Positions 1 through 14,200 of a DNA stretch of 64,000 nucleotides are shown here, in pieces; the first letter of the stretch is position 1; each line of letters opens with the position of its first letter. The notes beneath the pieces were generated by a model. It was not told the DNA's origin, did not search any database, and saw nothing but the letters and a program-made list of their open reading frames with translations. The stretch lies in the NCBI GenBank assembly GCA_964106915.2, contig OZ066914.1; one strand, written 5' to 3'. The position numbers and the translations under genes are program-made. This DNA comes from Podarcis gaigeae (Eukaryota).

Positions 1-191
1 CACTGTGGAAAGGAACTTTTGTTGCAGCTCCTGCTCTAGTGGGGCTGTTTTAGCAGTGCTCCAGGAGGGTTTTCCTAGCTGCTTTGGAGACTCTAGTCAA
101 AAAGTAGGACATTAATCTACTAATGAAAGATATGGTGATACAGTTATAGTTAGGCACAGATATATACATAGGTGTGGATTTTAAAAATTAC

Positions 192-340
192 CTTATGTAG
201 TTCAGCACCTTCAGTTTTGTCAACAATTCCTCCCGATATCATAAACTTTAGAGTTTCAGAAGCTGTGTTTAGCACTGTTTGGACTGCTTGTTTGGTTTTC
301 ACGCCTGTGACAATCTCTGGATAATCACGCTGCATTAACC
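192..340 (-). CDS. SLC9C1: SLC9C exon 19 (LMQRDYPEIVTGVKTKQAVQTVLNTASETLKFMISGGIVDKTEGAELHK)
   Basis: PEI...VKT motif preceding the CNBD; 149 nt; AAG|gtaatt donor, so the gene continues leftwards. Confidence 0.92.
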
Positions 341-2186
341 CTAAAACAAATTAAAATATTAGTTACCTAAACAATTTTCTTTCAGTTGAGTTGGGATCAA
401 ACATTTCTTGCCTGAAAATACTGTTTGCCACAATGATCCCCTTTGCTGTTTACTTATGCTGTAAGTAACCCCATTTCAAAAAAACCCTGCCTGTTTCCTG
501 AATTCAAGAGGAGCAGGAGCAGTCTTAATAATAAATACAATATCTTAGGACTTTAAATTTTCCTCAGAATTTTATAAAGTTTTGGAAATTGGAATTAAAT
601 AAGTATAAATTATTTCTCAAGAACTACCCAGAACAATTTGTATGTACAGTGGTACCTTGGGTTAAGAACTTAATTCGTTCTTGAGGTCTGTTCTTAACCT
701 GAAACTGTTCTTAACCTGAAGCACCACTTTAGCTAATGGGGCCTCCTGCTGCTGCTGTGCCACCGGAGCACGATTTCTGTTTTCATCCTGAAGCAAAGTT
801 CTTAACCCGAGGTACTATTTTTGGGTTAGCAGAGTCTGTAACCTGAAGCGTCTGTAACCCGAGGCACCAATGTATACCTCATTAAATTCCTACCTAACTC
901 TTTCATAGCCTCTTGTTTGTTCATTTCCAATATTCTATGTATTTCCTGTAAAAAGGGAGAAAATACACCTTATATGTTAAGCAGAACTCGAGTTTCCTTG
1001 AAAGGTAATTATATATTTATAGCCACTAATGAATAATTATACCAATTTTTAATAGTACATATGTATTTCTGTACTTATTTTTTAAGTATGATTTTATTCT
1101 TGCCCACAACCTAAATGCTTAAAGCACTTAAAATAAAGACAACTATAAAGCAGATTCCAGCTAGAATACAAACCATGGTTTACAATACTCACCAGGCAAT
1201 GCTGGTTCATTTCAGTGAGATATGGGGAGGGGAGAAATCTGTGGCATGATTCCCATTTCCTAACAACTAAGTGTTATATCTGAACTGAGTTCCATTGGAG
1301 GGAGCCATTTTTTCTTTAACTTTGGAAAAGGGCATTTAAATAGAAGATATTCATTTCTTTAGTTTTGAGCAGTCCACGTTATTTGGGGCTGTCCTCTCTA
1401 CTACTTCAGAGGGCATCACCCTATGGTACTTAAAATTAATGTGGTTGCTTGATGGAAACCAAGCTGTTTCGTTAAGGTTCAGTTCTCTTATCTTGATCTT
1501 GTTACATTCATTTTTTTTTTAGATTCTACTAGCCTGAACTACTTCTGTGTGCTCTGAGCTTTTTACAAGTACAAAATAGCATGTAATCCCCTTGTGAAGA
1601 GTTCTTCTTAAAATATATTATTGACTCTTTAAAGCAGAAAATGGGAACCTGTGGCTCTTCAGATATTGTTGCACTCCACCACCCCAGTCAGTATGGCCAA
1701 TGGGTAGGTATGATGGAAGCTGTAGTCCATCTGGTTTCACAGGTTCCTCGTCCCTGCTTTAAGGAATGGTATCACAAGTGATGTAATTTTCTGCTTAAAA
1801 TGTGAAGTCATTTACTCACTTGATAAACTCTCTCATGGCCAGCAATCTGTCCAATTAAACAATTTGTATCTTCTTCACCTTGAACATATCCTTTAGCGAT
1901 ATCATACCGGAAAGTGAGCTGTCTGTTTATTTGCTTCTCCAATAAATAAATCGTTCTAGGTATCACAAGCTGAAATACATAATGTATTAAAATATACATA
2001 TATCATGTATTGCACAGTTAATGGTCATACCAGACCATTACAGCTCCTTCAACATTACCCAGCCAGGACCATAGGACCATATCTTCCACAAATTCAATAA
2101 GCTGCTTTTAAACAATGTCACAAACGCTCAGCTACAACTCATGCCAAGTGCCTGCTACATTCTAGTGAAGCAGGATTGCTCTGGGA

Positions 2187-2235
<49 letters not shown>

Positions 2236-5200
2236 TTATTTATACCCTGCCTTTTTTCCTGACATGGACTCAAGGCAGCTTAGGAATTGAGTGAAGTCAT
2301 TCATAGGAATTGAGGAAAAGCCCCTCCCAACGATGTCATTTTTTCTAGAAGTCCTGTCTGTCAACAGAAGGTTCTCCCCCCATCCAAAAAAATACCCAAT
2401 TCCTGAACCACAGAAGAAAATATAGTTTTCTACTAACAAAGCATAACACATTACTGAAAAAATGATCTTTTTTTTTTTACCTTAAAGAGCCGCAGAATTC
2501 TTAAAACACGAATAAACCGAAATATCCTGATAGTATTAATCATATGATACGTTGTACTGAGTGTTTTAAAGAGGTTAATAATCATGACATCTACAACTCC
2601 CACTACTATGATTATCAGATCAAACTGGTTCCAGTGGTAAAAGATGTAGTTCCTCCCCATTGCAAAAGCCTGTTTAAAACAAATATTTAATTGACATCAA
2701 ACATTGTGTGTATTAAGCATTTTACTCCTCAATTTACAGGGCTCTCAAAGCACCTTACATAATAAAAACAATTACTAGTAGTAAGAAGAGGAGCCTCAAA
2801 ACGTTCTGTATTGGGGACTGATGTTTTTAATTGGTTCACAAAAGACATGGAATAAGTCATGATGTGGACAAATTTGCAATACGCCAAATTATTCAGCATA
2901 ATGAAACCCCCAAAGAACTTACAAGGGCTTCAAAAAAATTTCTCCAAACAAGGTGAATGAAAACCAGTACCAGTACCAGTTACTGGTGGGAAGCAACAAT
3001 TGGAGAGCCTAGTATCTTCAGGCCCTGCACAAGTTCACAAGGTTGGCCACTGTGGGAAACAGGATGGTAGACTTCTCGTCTCACCTAGCACTGATGTGCT
3101 CTCCACATTAATGTACGGTATTCACTGCCACAGGATTTTGAGATGGCCACAACCTTAGACCACCTTAAAAGGGGATTAAATAAATTCATGGAGAATAGGT
3201 CTACGATTAACCTTTATGTACTTCTCTAAATTGCTGTAGAGGCAACAGCAGAGGAAAGTTATTCCTAAGTCTTCAAACATAAAGCATAGACACAACACAA
3301 TTCTATAAACCTAACCAAATAGAATTAATGGGGAGGGTGTGAGCTCCACTGACTGCAATAATGTTCACAGGCAGCTTTGCACACAACTCGAGTGTATGGG
3401 AAAAGGGACTGTCAATATGGAGATCTCCTCATACACAGACATCTCTGATCTTGCAGGAGGTGATCAAGAGAGGAGCGGGATCAACTCTCAGTCAACACAA
3501 CTATAGTTGTTTCTTTTAAGCCACAGCAAGAATCAGAACATTAACTGAAGAAAAAGAATGAGCAGGGTGTGATATTTCCAAGAAACAAGAGTTTCAATTT
3601 CACACTTTTGGTCAAGTAAATTCAAATTCCATATTGTAAAAATGTAAGTTAATAATGATTATATGTCCACTGGAAGGACAGATCGTGAAGCTGGGGCTCC
3701 AATACTTTGGCCACCTCATGAGAAGAGAAGACTCCCTGGAAAAGACCCTGATGTTGGGAAAGATGGAGGGCACAAGGAGAAGGGGACGACAGAGGACAAG
3801 ATGGTTGGACAGTGTTATCGAAGCTACAAGCATGAGTCTGACCAAACTGTGGGACGCAGTGGAAGACAGAAGTGCCTTGCGTGCTCTGGTCCATGGGGTC
3901 ACAAAGAGTCGGACACGACTAAACAACTAAACAACAACAACAAAGTCAATAATTAAAAATACAGTTAATACAAATATTGCAATACTTTGAATAGCCAGTA
4001 CCTTAAATAATGCTTCCATTATATACAAAGCCAGATAATAGTAGTTGCACACTTTTAGTTCTATAATAAATGTTGAAGAATACTTTGGTATAAAGTGAAG
4101 AACGATAGGGACACAGTTCAAAAATGTCATCATGGTACTTATATATTCAAATTCATCCATGAATACCATATGGTGGCACATTCTTAAAAGCTTGTTTCTG
4201 GGGAGGGAGGAGAATAAAATTTTGAGCTTTGATTAGTTACCAAAACATTTAGAAAATTCTGACCACTACATTATATTTACTTGTTCATACCATACATGGG
4301 TAATTAGATTATTTAAAAATGTATGATAAGACCCATAGACAGGCAGGAATCTAGCAACAACTAGAGTCTTGTGAAGCTAAATGAGAAGAATGAAAAAGTG
4401 TGCAAAAGAGTCCTGCTCCTCTTCCTTTCCTAAAACTGGACACCCCTCCCCATTGGAAATGGGGGATTTCCCAACAGAACTATACATAATTGTATGGGCT
4501 GTTTGAGACACTCACTCACTTCTCAAACAAGGGGGGATCCAGAGGTATCAGAGGAAGAACAGTACAACAACACACTTGTATTCCTTTCTTTCTTGCCAAC
4601 ACTCACCTTGCTCCAAAGAAACGTGATGCTGGCAAAGCCAAAAGTAGAATTCTGCTTCCAAAGTTCTACCCATCACTGTCATCAATGTCTCCTCAGCCTC
4701 AGCCCCCTTTCCCTGACTAAAGAGTAGGGGGAGTCAGCGGAGAATGCTGACAGCTCCTATGCTCAGAACTGGGCCAGAACACTGGCTGGAAAGAAGACTC
4801 AATTGAGCTCTATACTGATCTCCACCTGCACACACAGGGATATGAACCACTGTCAAGAGAAATCTAGACTCAGGGCTCCCAGCACTCAGCCATGCCGCCC
4901 CCACCTCCCGAGCCTAACCTCCTGTGCAACTACGGCTGCATTCCTGCAACCTGAACTGTGCATCCAAAGGTATCTATCAGGGTTACAATATAAGCACCAC
5001 CATCAGACTTTAGCACTCCCTTGCCTTATAAAATCCAAGCTTCAGAGCTTGCTCTTCACTTTGAATAATGTGCCTCTCTGGGCAGGATCATGTCTGGAGA
5101 AGCCAACTCCTCCCTTCCCCACACAGCTGACTTTCGCACTGATTATTTGCAAGCCTTAGCTCTCTGATCTTACTTGCTGATTTTGGAACTTGCTATTACT

Positions 5201-8200
5201 TGCTTTTGGTCCTTCAGAACGCTGCTTGTCATTTTGGGACTTGATTAACTGCCTGGAACTGAACTTCTCACCTCTAGACCAAGTCAGCTCTCCACAGAAC
5301 TGGAAACTTGATTCTTTGTGGCCAAACCCCAGCAAACCTCAACAACTATGCTCAATATTTTGATTACTAATCTTAGCAAATGAGTGTGTATGTCTGTATA
5401 ATTTTACTGTGTAAGCACACTACCTTTTCTATCAACCACATTTAAGCAAACATTAATAAACACTAACTTTGGTGCCTTAAATGTTTCCTCTTTCACGCTG
5501 TAAACCCAATCAGATAGCAATTTCTTCAACTTTACCAGCACTCCTTTGCTTTCCCAATAGGTCTTTACTTCATGAATATTCATAAACCTAAAATATTTAA
5601 GACAAGGTAATTGAGAAGAGAAGCTAATAGTAAGAAAATAGTAAGATCCTAAAGATATCTCAACTTACATTATCATAGAGTGAATTTGAGAATACAGATA
5701 TCAAGACAGCTGCTTCATAAAAAAAAACATTAACAATGCAATCCTGAATGTTTCCTTAGAAGCCTGCTCTTCAGGAAAAATGATCAAGGTTGCTTACAAA
5801 ACTTCACTTTTAAATAACAGAAAGATACAAAATCAGTGGAGAAGGAAAATAATGACCATATGAAGGTAAGGTCAGTTCAGCATCCCGTTTTCACAAGGTT
5901 CAGCCAGTTGCCTATAGGATCCCTGAAAGAGGGACCTAATCCAATTTCACACCAAAAAGGGAAATCAATCAATTCTGCCCAATATACACTATTTTGCAAA
6001 GCAATATGCTGTAATACATTGCCTTTTTATGTTATTTCCTCCCTCCAGCATTATGTATTTTTGCACACATTACTTGACCAAAGTATACTGCATATTTGGA
6101 GAAGTGTCAATTTTGAAGGACGGTGGTGTTTCAGAAAGTTCAGGTCAGAAATTATAACTCAATCAAATCTCTCTGTCATCCCTAGTTAGGACCAAGGAAT
6201 CTCCCTCACAAGGAATGTCCCAGGCTCCCAAGAAACCATCAGCTCTTGTCCTACCTTTCTAAACTGTTGACAAATTCTAGTGAGCTGATGATCAAATTCC
6301 CCTCTGTGTACGGGAATTTTAGGGATGTGATACAAGGGAGAGCTGGCTTCCCCCAATTCAAGATTCTGGGGGTGGGGCTGATCAGGTACTGAGGAGATTC
6401 ACCAGAGACTAAAGGAATTAGGGTTCCATTGCTCTTAGCTGATCACATAAATGCCATTAATGAATTGCTGGATGACGCAATTTTTTTTGCATGCCAGCTG
6501 AAGGTATTTTGGAAAGTGGCTAAGACTGCTTTAGTTAACGAATATATGTTTTCATTCTTTTAAAGCAACTCAACTAAAGCAACTCTCCACTCACAAGTTC
6601 CCCACCTGTGTTTTAGTGCCACTATTCTCCTTCATTTTTTTCAGGCGTTTGGAGCATCTTTTTTTAATGCTTGTATACATAAATATGTCTTGCCTGACAT
6701 GAAATTGCCCACCCCCAAAGGCTGCAGACAGTACTCAGAAGGCATTCTCAAAGGCAAAGGCTCCTGCAACCCAGGGCTCAAAACATGCAGTTACAGCCAA
6801 AGAGAACAATCAATCTGTGCAGGCTCAGCAAGCCATAGTGCTAAGTGCTGCAAAGTGGGCAGTCATAACCACAGCCCTGTCCTTGGTTCAACGTGTGGCA
6901 ATTACCACAGGACTCTGTCTCAGTTGCTCTAATAGAAATGCCAACCGGACCTCCATCTTGTCAGGGTTGAGCTTCAGTTTACAAGTCATCATCCAGTTCT
7001 TTATTGAGCCCAGACACCAGATAAGCACTTCCACTGGACTCTCAGGCAATTCTCACTAAACGTTTCCCTATGCACTTAAGATTGCATTATTAGGTTATGA
7101 ACTTGTGTTCTAAGGCCAGTGGTTCCCAAACTGTGTTCCATGAACCATCAGTAGTGTGTGATCTTCATTCAGGTGGTTGGTGGGATGTCTGTAACAATAA
7201 CATTAAAAATCATACAGCACTTATCTTTTTCTTTCTTTAAAATACAGCACTTACTTTCCTTCAATATCAACATAGCTTTCTGCTGCACCTATTAATGTTT
7301 GGGCAGCATCTTGGTTCAGCATTCCACTGTTGTATTGCTTCTGATAACTGGCCTATATTTTGAAAAAAATAATGTATATACTGAATGAAATAACTGTTGC
7401 TTTCTTCAGCAACATGCATTATCTACCTACTGAACAACATAGCTATCTATCTGCCTCTGCATGCTAATTAAACTGTTAATTAGCTCTATTAAAAACACTG
7501 AGGTTACATGGAAGTTCTTTATGTAGTGCTTCACATTTTCCCCCATGCAACCTGTGGTTTAAACCAAAAACAAAACAAAACCTAAGAAGTGTGCATGCAC
7601 ACGAAAGCTCATACCAATAACAAACTTAGTTGGTCTCTAAGGTGCTACTGGAGGGACGCGGGTGGCGCTGTGGGTAAAAGCCTCAGCGCCTAGGGCTTGC
7701 CGATCGAAAGGTCGGCGGTTCGAATCCCCGCGGCGGGGTGCGCTCCCGTTGCTCGGTCCCAGCGCCTGCCAACCTAGCAGTTCGAAAGCACCCTCGGGTG
7801 CAAGTAGATAAATAGGGACCGCTTTCTAGCGGGATGGTAAACGGCGTTTCCGTGTGCAGCTCTGGCGCGCCAGAGCAGCGATGTCACGCTGGCCACGTGA
7901 CCCGGAAGTGTCTTCGGACAGCGCTGGCCCCTGGCCTCTTGAGTGAGATGGGCACACAACCCCAGAGTCTGGCAAGACTGGCCCGTACGGGCAGGGGTAC
8001 CTTTACCTTTACCTAAGGTGCTACTGGAAGGAATTTTTTTTATTTTTTATTTTGTTTCGACTATGGCAGACCAACACGGCTACCTACCTGTAACTAAACA
8101 TGTGGTTTGCTTTTTGTTTTTTTTAAAGACAGCTGCCTTCCCCAGCGCTTCTGATATTGGATAGCTTTAGCATACTCAGGAATCCAAAGTTTTGTGTCTT

Positions 8201-11200
8201 TTTTGTAGGAAATGTATATCTTTTGTGCATTCTGCACAAAACATTATTCCCACATCCAGATCATCACTTGATGCATTGTCAGATACGAGTCTTCAGTTTA
8301 TGCATTTTTCAGACTAGTCCATAACTAAAGAAGCACCTCTCCCTATTCATGTACTAATATTTTTGGACGATGCTAGTCTCAATTTTCTATCACTGAGGGA
8401 AGCTCACTTTATGGTGATGCGGGAATAGAGGCGGCACTCTATCTGTGAACTGTCATCATTTCGGCACTAGGTTAAGACTTACTTACTTGTAGGTTATGTA
8501 AGGTGATTATTATCCTGATGTTGTTTTTAGCTGCTTTGCTTATTAGCATATCTTGTTAATTTTATGATTTGGTTGCAGTTTATGTGTGTTTGTTCTGCAC
8601 CCCTCTGGTACCAGCATTGATGAAGAGTAGACATTTTCTAAGATTTCCTAGTCATGATATCAGGTTGAAACTCACCTCATTCAGCAAGTGAGCCCAGAGA
8701 CTCTGAGGAGCCAGAGTAGAGGGAAGAAATTGTCCTCAGCATGTATCCTCGGTGATCCCACTCTCACTCCGCAGCACATGTGAACCTCCTGAGATGTAAC
8801 ACTAACCTTATGCTTTCATCTTGAAAGCAGCAACAGAGTCAGTCTCCATGGCACCATAAGAACTAATTCCCAGCTCAACTGAGAAAAACTTATTTAATTA
8901 CAAAAGCCATTTTTCAGGGTGATGGTGGAGCTAATTACTCTGAGCAGCATCCCTATTTAAGCCTCAGGGAACTCTAAACCACCGCTGAAGCAACATTTGA
9001 GTTGGCCATACATGTGCGAGCCTGAATGCCATTTGCAACTGTTCAAGGTTCTGCTTGGACCTGAACTTCTATAGGAGGAGTGGGGAACCTGTGGCCAATG
9101 GTCAGGGATAATGTTGGGAACTGAAATCCAACATGTGGAGGTCCAGAGATCCCTCCCTTCTATTAAACCACAACTTCCACGAAGGCTTGAAGTACATTCT
9201 GGCTGCAACCAATGCTTTGAACAGAACATTCCTAGATTTCTAATCCAAGAAACAGACTTCAAAAGTATTTCAATGTGGGAGGTAATCATTACCCTTCCAG
9301 AGCTTGAGCCTTTCTTGACTCTGATGGAGGATTGGGATTTATGTAATTAAATATATATTCCACTCGGGGCTTTTTTTCAGCCGGAACTCAGTTCCGGCAC
9401 CTCTCAGGTAGGCACCATTGGCATTATAAAAGAACAAGGGAGGCGTTCGTGGTGAGTTTCAGCACTCTTTTTTCTAGAAAAACAGCACTGATTTTACCTT
9501 TCCACCTTCAAAAGCTAAAGGAGGCATACACCATCTCATTTTTATCCTCACATCACCCCTGTGAGGTACGTTAGGGTGAACGATAGTGACTGGCCCAAAG
9601 ACACCCAGTTTGATCCTTTCTCCCCATCCTAGTCTGATACTAATCACTGGCAAAAGCAAAAAAAAACCACAAAAAAACCCAACACCTTATACTTTAAATC
9701 GGAGTGGGCAAACTGATACTATACAGCAGGTGAAAAAACTTTCAGTGATATGTAATAGTGTGTGCAATAGAGTGGGGTGAGGTGGACAGAGTGCAGGCAT
9801 TAATCCTTCATATTGGAAAGGGACTGTTACAACCACGTCCCTATCTTCAAATGTGAAATGCTGATTGTATGATTTAGCAATGCAGAAAAATCCAATATCA
9901 AGCCTAAGCATTTTACAACACTGTAATAAGATACAACACTATTACATTTTGGTTTGAAAATGGTCTGCAGTACACAGTATAATAATCTCAGGCGACAACT
10001 GATTTTTCAGGCAGCATTATGCACTTGACTTGTGAGACTACCTCCTCAGTAGATTTTTCTAGGATTGTGCCACTTATAAAGATCCCATGCTACATAAGAA
10101 AACAAAGAAGGGGATTGATTCTGTCAAACTGGATTAGTCCAAAGTGCACTAATCTCATCCACACCTGCTCAATCCATGTGCCTATCAGAATATGTGTCCT
10201 GCAGATTCCTTATACTGTGGTTCAAGGGCTGTAGCACTACCTCATAAAGGGGGATTTGTATAGCAAACACATAGCCACTCCCACACTTTTTCTCTGCAAT
10301 TCTTAAAGTGTGATGGCACATCAAGTTCTATCACTCCCAGTGGGATTTGCAGCACTTAAAACTTTGCAAAGTGAGCAGTCGTGGTAGGAACACCTCACAC
10401 TAGGCAGATGAAACAGCCCTTAAAAAAAAAAAAAGTGAAAAGAGTTTCCCCTGCCACTCTGGGCGGCTTCCAACAAAAGATTAAAAATACATTTTTAAAA
10501 TTTGAGGGCTGCAATCCTACAGGCACTTACTCAGCAATGGGACTTACTTCCGAGTAGACATGGTTAGGATCCCCATTTCTGGGCCATGCCTTTATTGGAA
10601 CCACCCTGAAATGTGGGACAATCCTGCATCATCCAGACCTTTCCTCACGTGGATCTCCTCCTGCTCCCATGCCACCACCCAGCTCTGCTGGGCAAGGTGC
10701 AACTTACTGCACAGAGGTGCGGGGTGTGCACGGCTTCTTGGTGTGCAGGCGGCGGTATGGGTGCCCAAGAACCTGCCTTGCACCAGTTTGGGCACATCAG
10801 GAAATCAGGGCAGCGTCGACGCTGGTGATTGGAGGCATGGGCCTTAGTTTGAGGACCCCTGCTTTAACTGGTTTGATCACAAGTAAGAAATGTGGGGTAG
10901 GCAGGTACAGAGTAGTCAATGCACTAAATTATTCTGATTAGGCATCCTACAGCAAAGAGTGGCTTCTAATAAAACTTTGGGGGGGGGGGGAAATGCCCAA
11001 CATTAGAACTAATTCTCAGATTAACAATGAACTATTTCCTAGGAATAAAGTGGTAGTTATAAAAGACAGATAAAAAGATCTCTCTACCTTAATTATGTGG
11101 ACACCTAATATTGTATTTTTAATAGCTATGGACCACACTAGAGACAATGTATTTTGAATTCACAGTAAAACATATACTTTAAGATTCAAATGTTCTATAG

Positions 11201-14200
11201 AATTGGGACTTTTCGTTCTGAACCACCATAAAATGCTCAATTATATTGTTAAGTAATTATAATCCTGAAATTACATCAATAAAAGGCCAATAGAATTAAA
11301 AGTACGAACTATTTGTGCCGTTAAAAGACGCAATCTGGCTTCTTCCATTATGTCAGCAATTTGTTGAGAACTTCCTTCAAATGTAACATTGGCATTACAT
11401 TCTGGACATCTAAGTGATTTGATCAGTTGATCAACTTCTTCTGAATCTAACTGCACAAGGGGGGGGGATAAGAAAAACAGAATATACATTGACTGAAATC
11501 TCAATATCAAACCAAGGGTAATATTAAATTAATTTAAGAATCTAAACATTTTGGGCACAATCCAATGGAAGTTGAGCACTTTTATACTCTACTGTAGACT
11601 CAACAATTTACAAAGAATGCTGCAGCATTCACACACTAAAATCCTGTCTTATCTACCCTGCTCATGGTGCTGCCTGAAGTCACTGATTCACACCAGTGGC
11701 GTAGCGTGGGGGGTGCAGGGGGGGCCGGGTGCACCGGGCGCAACATCTGGGGTTAGGGCAAATCCACGGGTTAGGGGGCGCAAATCCACGGGTTAGGGGG
11801 CGCAAATTACTTGCCTTGCCCCGGGTGCTTACAACCCACGCTACACCGCTGATTCACACTACTGTGTGGCAGGGCCAGTTTGGTTTAAATCACACACAGG
11901 AGTCACAGGAGACAACTCTAGGGGGCCATAGGTGCCTGGACACCCACAATAATATACCGTATTTTTCCATCTATAGACACCCCCTTGTATAAGACACCCC
12001 CTATTTTGGGGGACACAGATTTAAGACAATGGGGAGAGATGGCCCCATGTACAGTCACACCTCGAGTTAAAGTAGCTTTGGGATGAGTATTTTCGGGTTG
12101 CACGCTGCGGCGACCCGGAAGTAACGGAGTGCGTTACTTCCGGGTTTCGTCCCTCGCGCATGCACAGATCATCAAAATGACGTGCGGATGCGGGTTGCGT
12201 TTGCTTCAGGATGCGAACAGGGCTCCGGAAGGGATCCCGTTCGCATCCAGAGATACCACTGTATAAGGATGCCTCCTAATTTTTGACATTATTTTTTAGT
12301 CTTATACACATTTATTTTTTTAGTCTTATACACGGAAAAATACGGTAATTGTGGGGGCAGAGCACCCACAAAGTCAATGAGAAAAGCCGGCAGGTGGCAG
12401 CGGCATTGCCTCTGAGAATCAGTTCAGCTCTGTCCTCCACAACCAGCCAGCGAGGCACACTTCACACATCTGTGTTGTGGCAATGGGCACCCACAATCCT
12501 GAGGGCGAGATTGCACCCTAGACAGGAACTGAAAGAATGGGCTTAACTTTGGCTTGATTGCATCCCAGAATATCATGTCAGCGTGGTGAGGAAACACATC
12601 AGTCTCCTCTCACATGATTCTGCCTATCCACTCTGATTGTTTGGAGACAACTTTTCCACATCATCAGAAGTGCAGCTGGTTGGGATGTATGAGGGAATTT
12701 ATGCGGTGGTGTCCAGCCTATGAAACTCCCTGCCCCAGAAGATCTGTTGGCTCCATCCTTAATAGTGTTTATAAACCAGGTGAAAATGTTTTTATTCCAG
12801 CACCCCTATGTTAACCCTTAGTTAACCCCTGTGTTAACCCCTAGTTAAGAGATTATTCTGCCCCTGACTTATTAGATAGTTTTGTTCTGCTATCACTTGT
12901 GTACTTTTTTAAAAAAATCAAACACCTTTATTATTACAGTGGTATCTCTAGTTGCGGGCACGATCCGTTCCAGGGTGCCGTTTGCACCCCGAAAAGTTGA
13001 CAACTAGAGCAGCACTTCTGCGCAAGTGCAGAGCGCGATGGAGTGCTTCTGCGCATATGTGAAGCGCACAGAACATGCACGCGGCGAAACCCAAAGTATA
13101 CACTTCTGGGTTTACCGCGTTCACAAACTGAAAAGATGCAACATGAACCTAACACAACACAAGGTATGACTGTATTATTGCTTTCTGATCTTGCTTATCC
13201 AGACTTCTGTGTCTGACCTTCCATTACTCAAACCTGACCTATGCTTGACCATGCTCTGCTTCTTAGATATTGAATGGGTACATGCACCTTCTAGCTTAAC
13301 CTTCAAACATTTGCTGAAACCTTTTCTTTGCTACCAGGCTTGTGCAGATAATTGATGAAAAACATTTTCTTAATAGTTAGCTGGTGATCTACTTTCATTT
13401 TATGTAGTTTTTATTGTGTTACAATTATTATGAACCACTTTGATATTTATAGAAAATTGCAGTTTACAAATATGTTTACAAATAAATAAATGTTCAAGTG
13501 GACTCTGCCTAACACAAATCCCCACTAGGCTAGAGCCCTGTTTCTCAGCTGGGACCCTTACCTAGGGAAAAACAAGAGCTAAGACAAGCAATGAGAGATT
13601 CCTCAAAATTTGTGGTCCTTCTTGGAAGTATTTAGTCCAGCACCTTCTATGTCTCAGTCCTTGCTGTCAGATGAATAACTTGAAATCAGGTTGCTACTTC
13701 TGCCAAATTCTTTTAACAAAGACATAGCAGGTGAATTGCATGGCTAAGCATGACCTGAGGTTGGCCCAACAAGTGTCATACCCCGTCTCTTCCTTTTGAA
13801 GAGCAGTGCAGGCACAAGCCTTAGCATGGCAAATGATAGGTGGCTCTGTTCTGGGCAAGCAAACGGACAAGTGAGCTCAGGCTATGAGCCCACCTTGCAT
13901 TTGGTTTTACACACTTTCTAAGTTATGTTTATTTAACACTAACTGAAAGATACTCACTTTATAAGGATAATCTATTTTAATTGCTTCTTCAGCCATTGTC
14001 CAGTTTGCATCAGCCAAAAATCTATCAAGTTTCAGCATTGCAAATGCATTGGCTTCCATTTGTCTGATTCGCTGAACAGCGTTATGCATTGCCATACGTT
14101 TTGGAAGGGTAATATTACAAAGGCCTATAGAAACAGAAAAGTAATTCATTGGTCATCATAAGATTTACAAGACAGCAGCAAAGGTCAATAATTCCAGACT

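Noticed and set aside
7653-7740. tRNA gene (A/B box present)
   Set aside because: It is the tRNA-derived head of a Sauria SINE with tail and TSD
12809-12848. Clustered GTTAAC palindromes
   Set aside because: Short degenerate tandem repeat in TE-derived intron sequence with no supporting context
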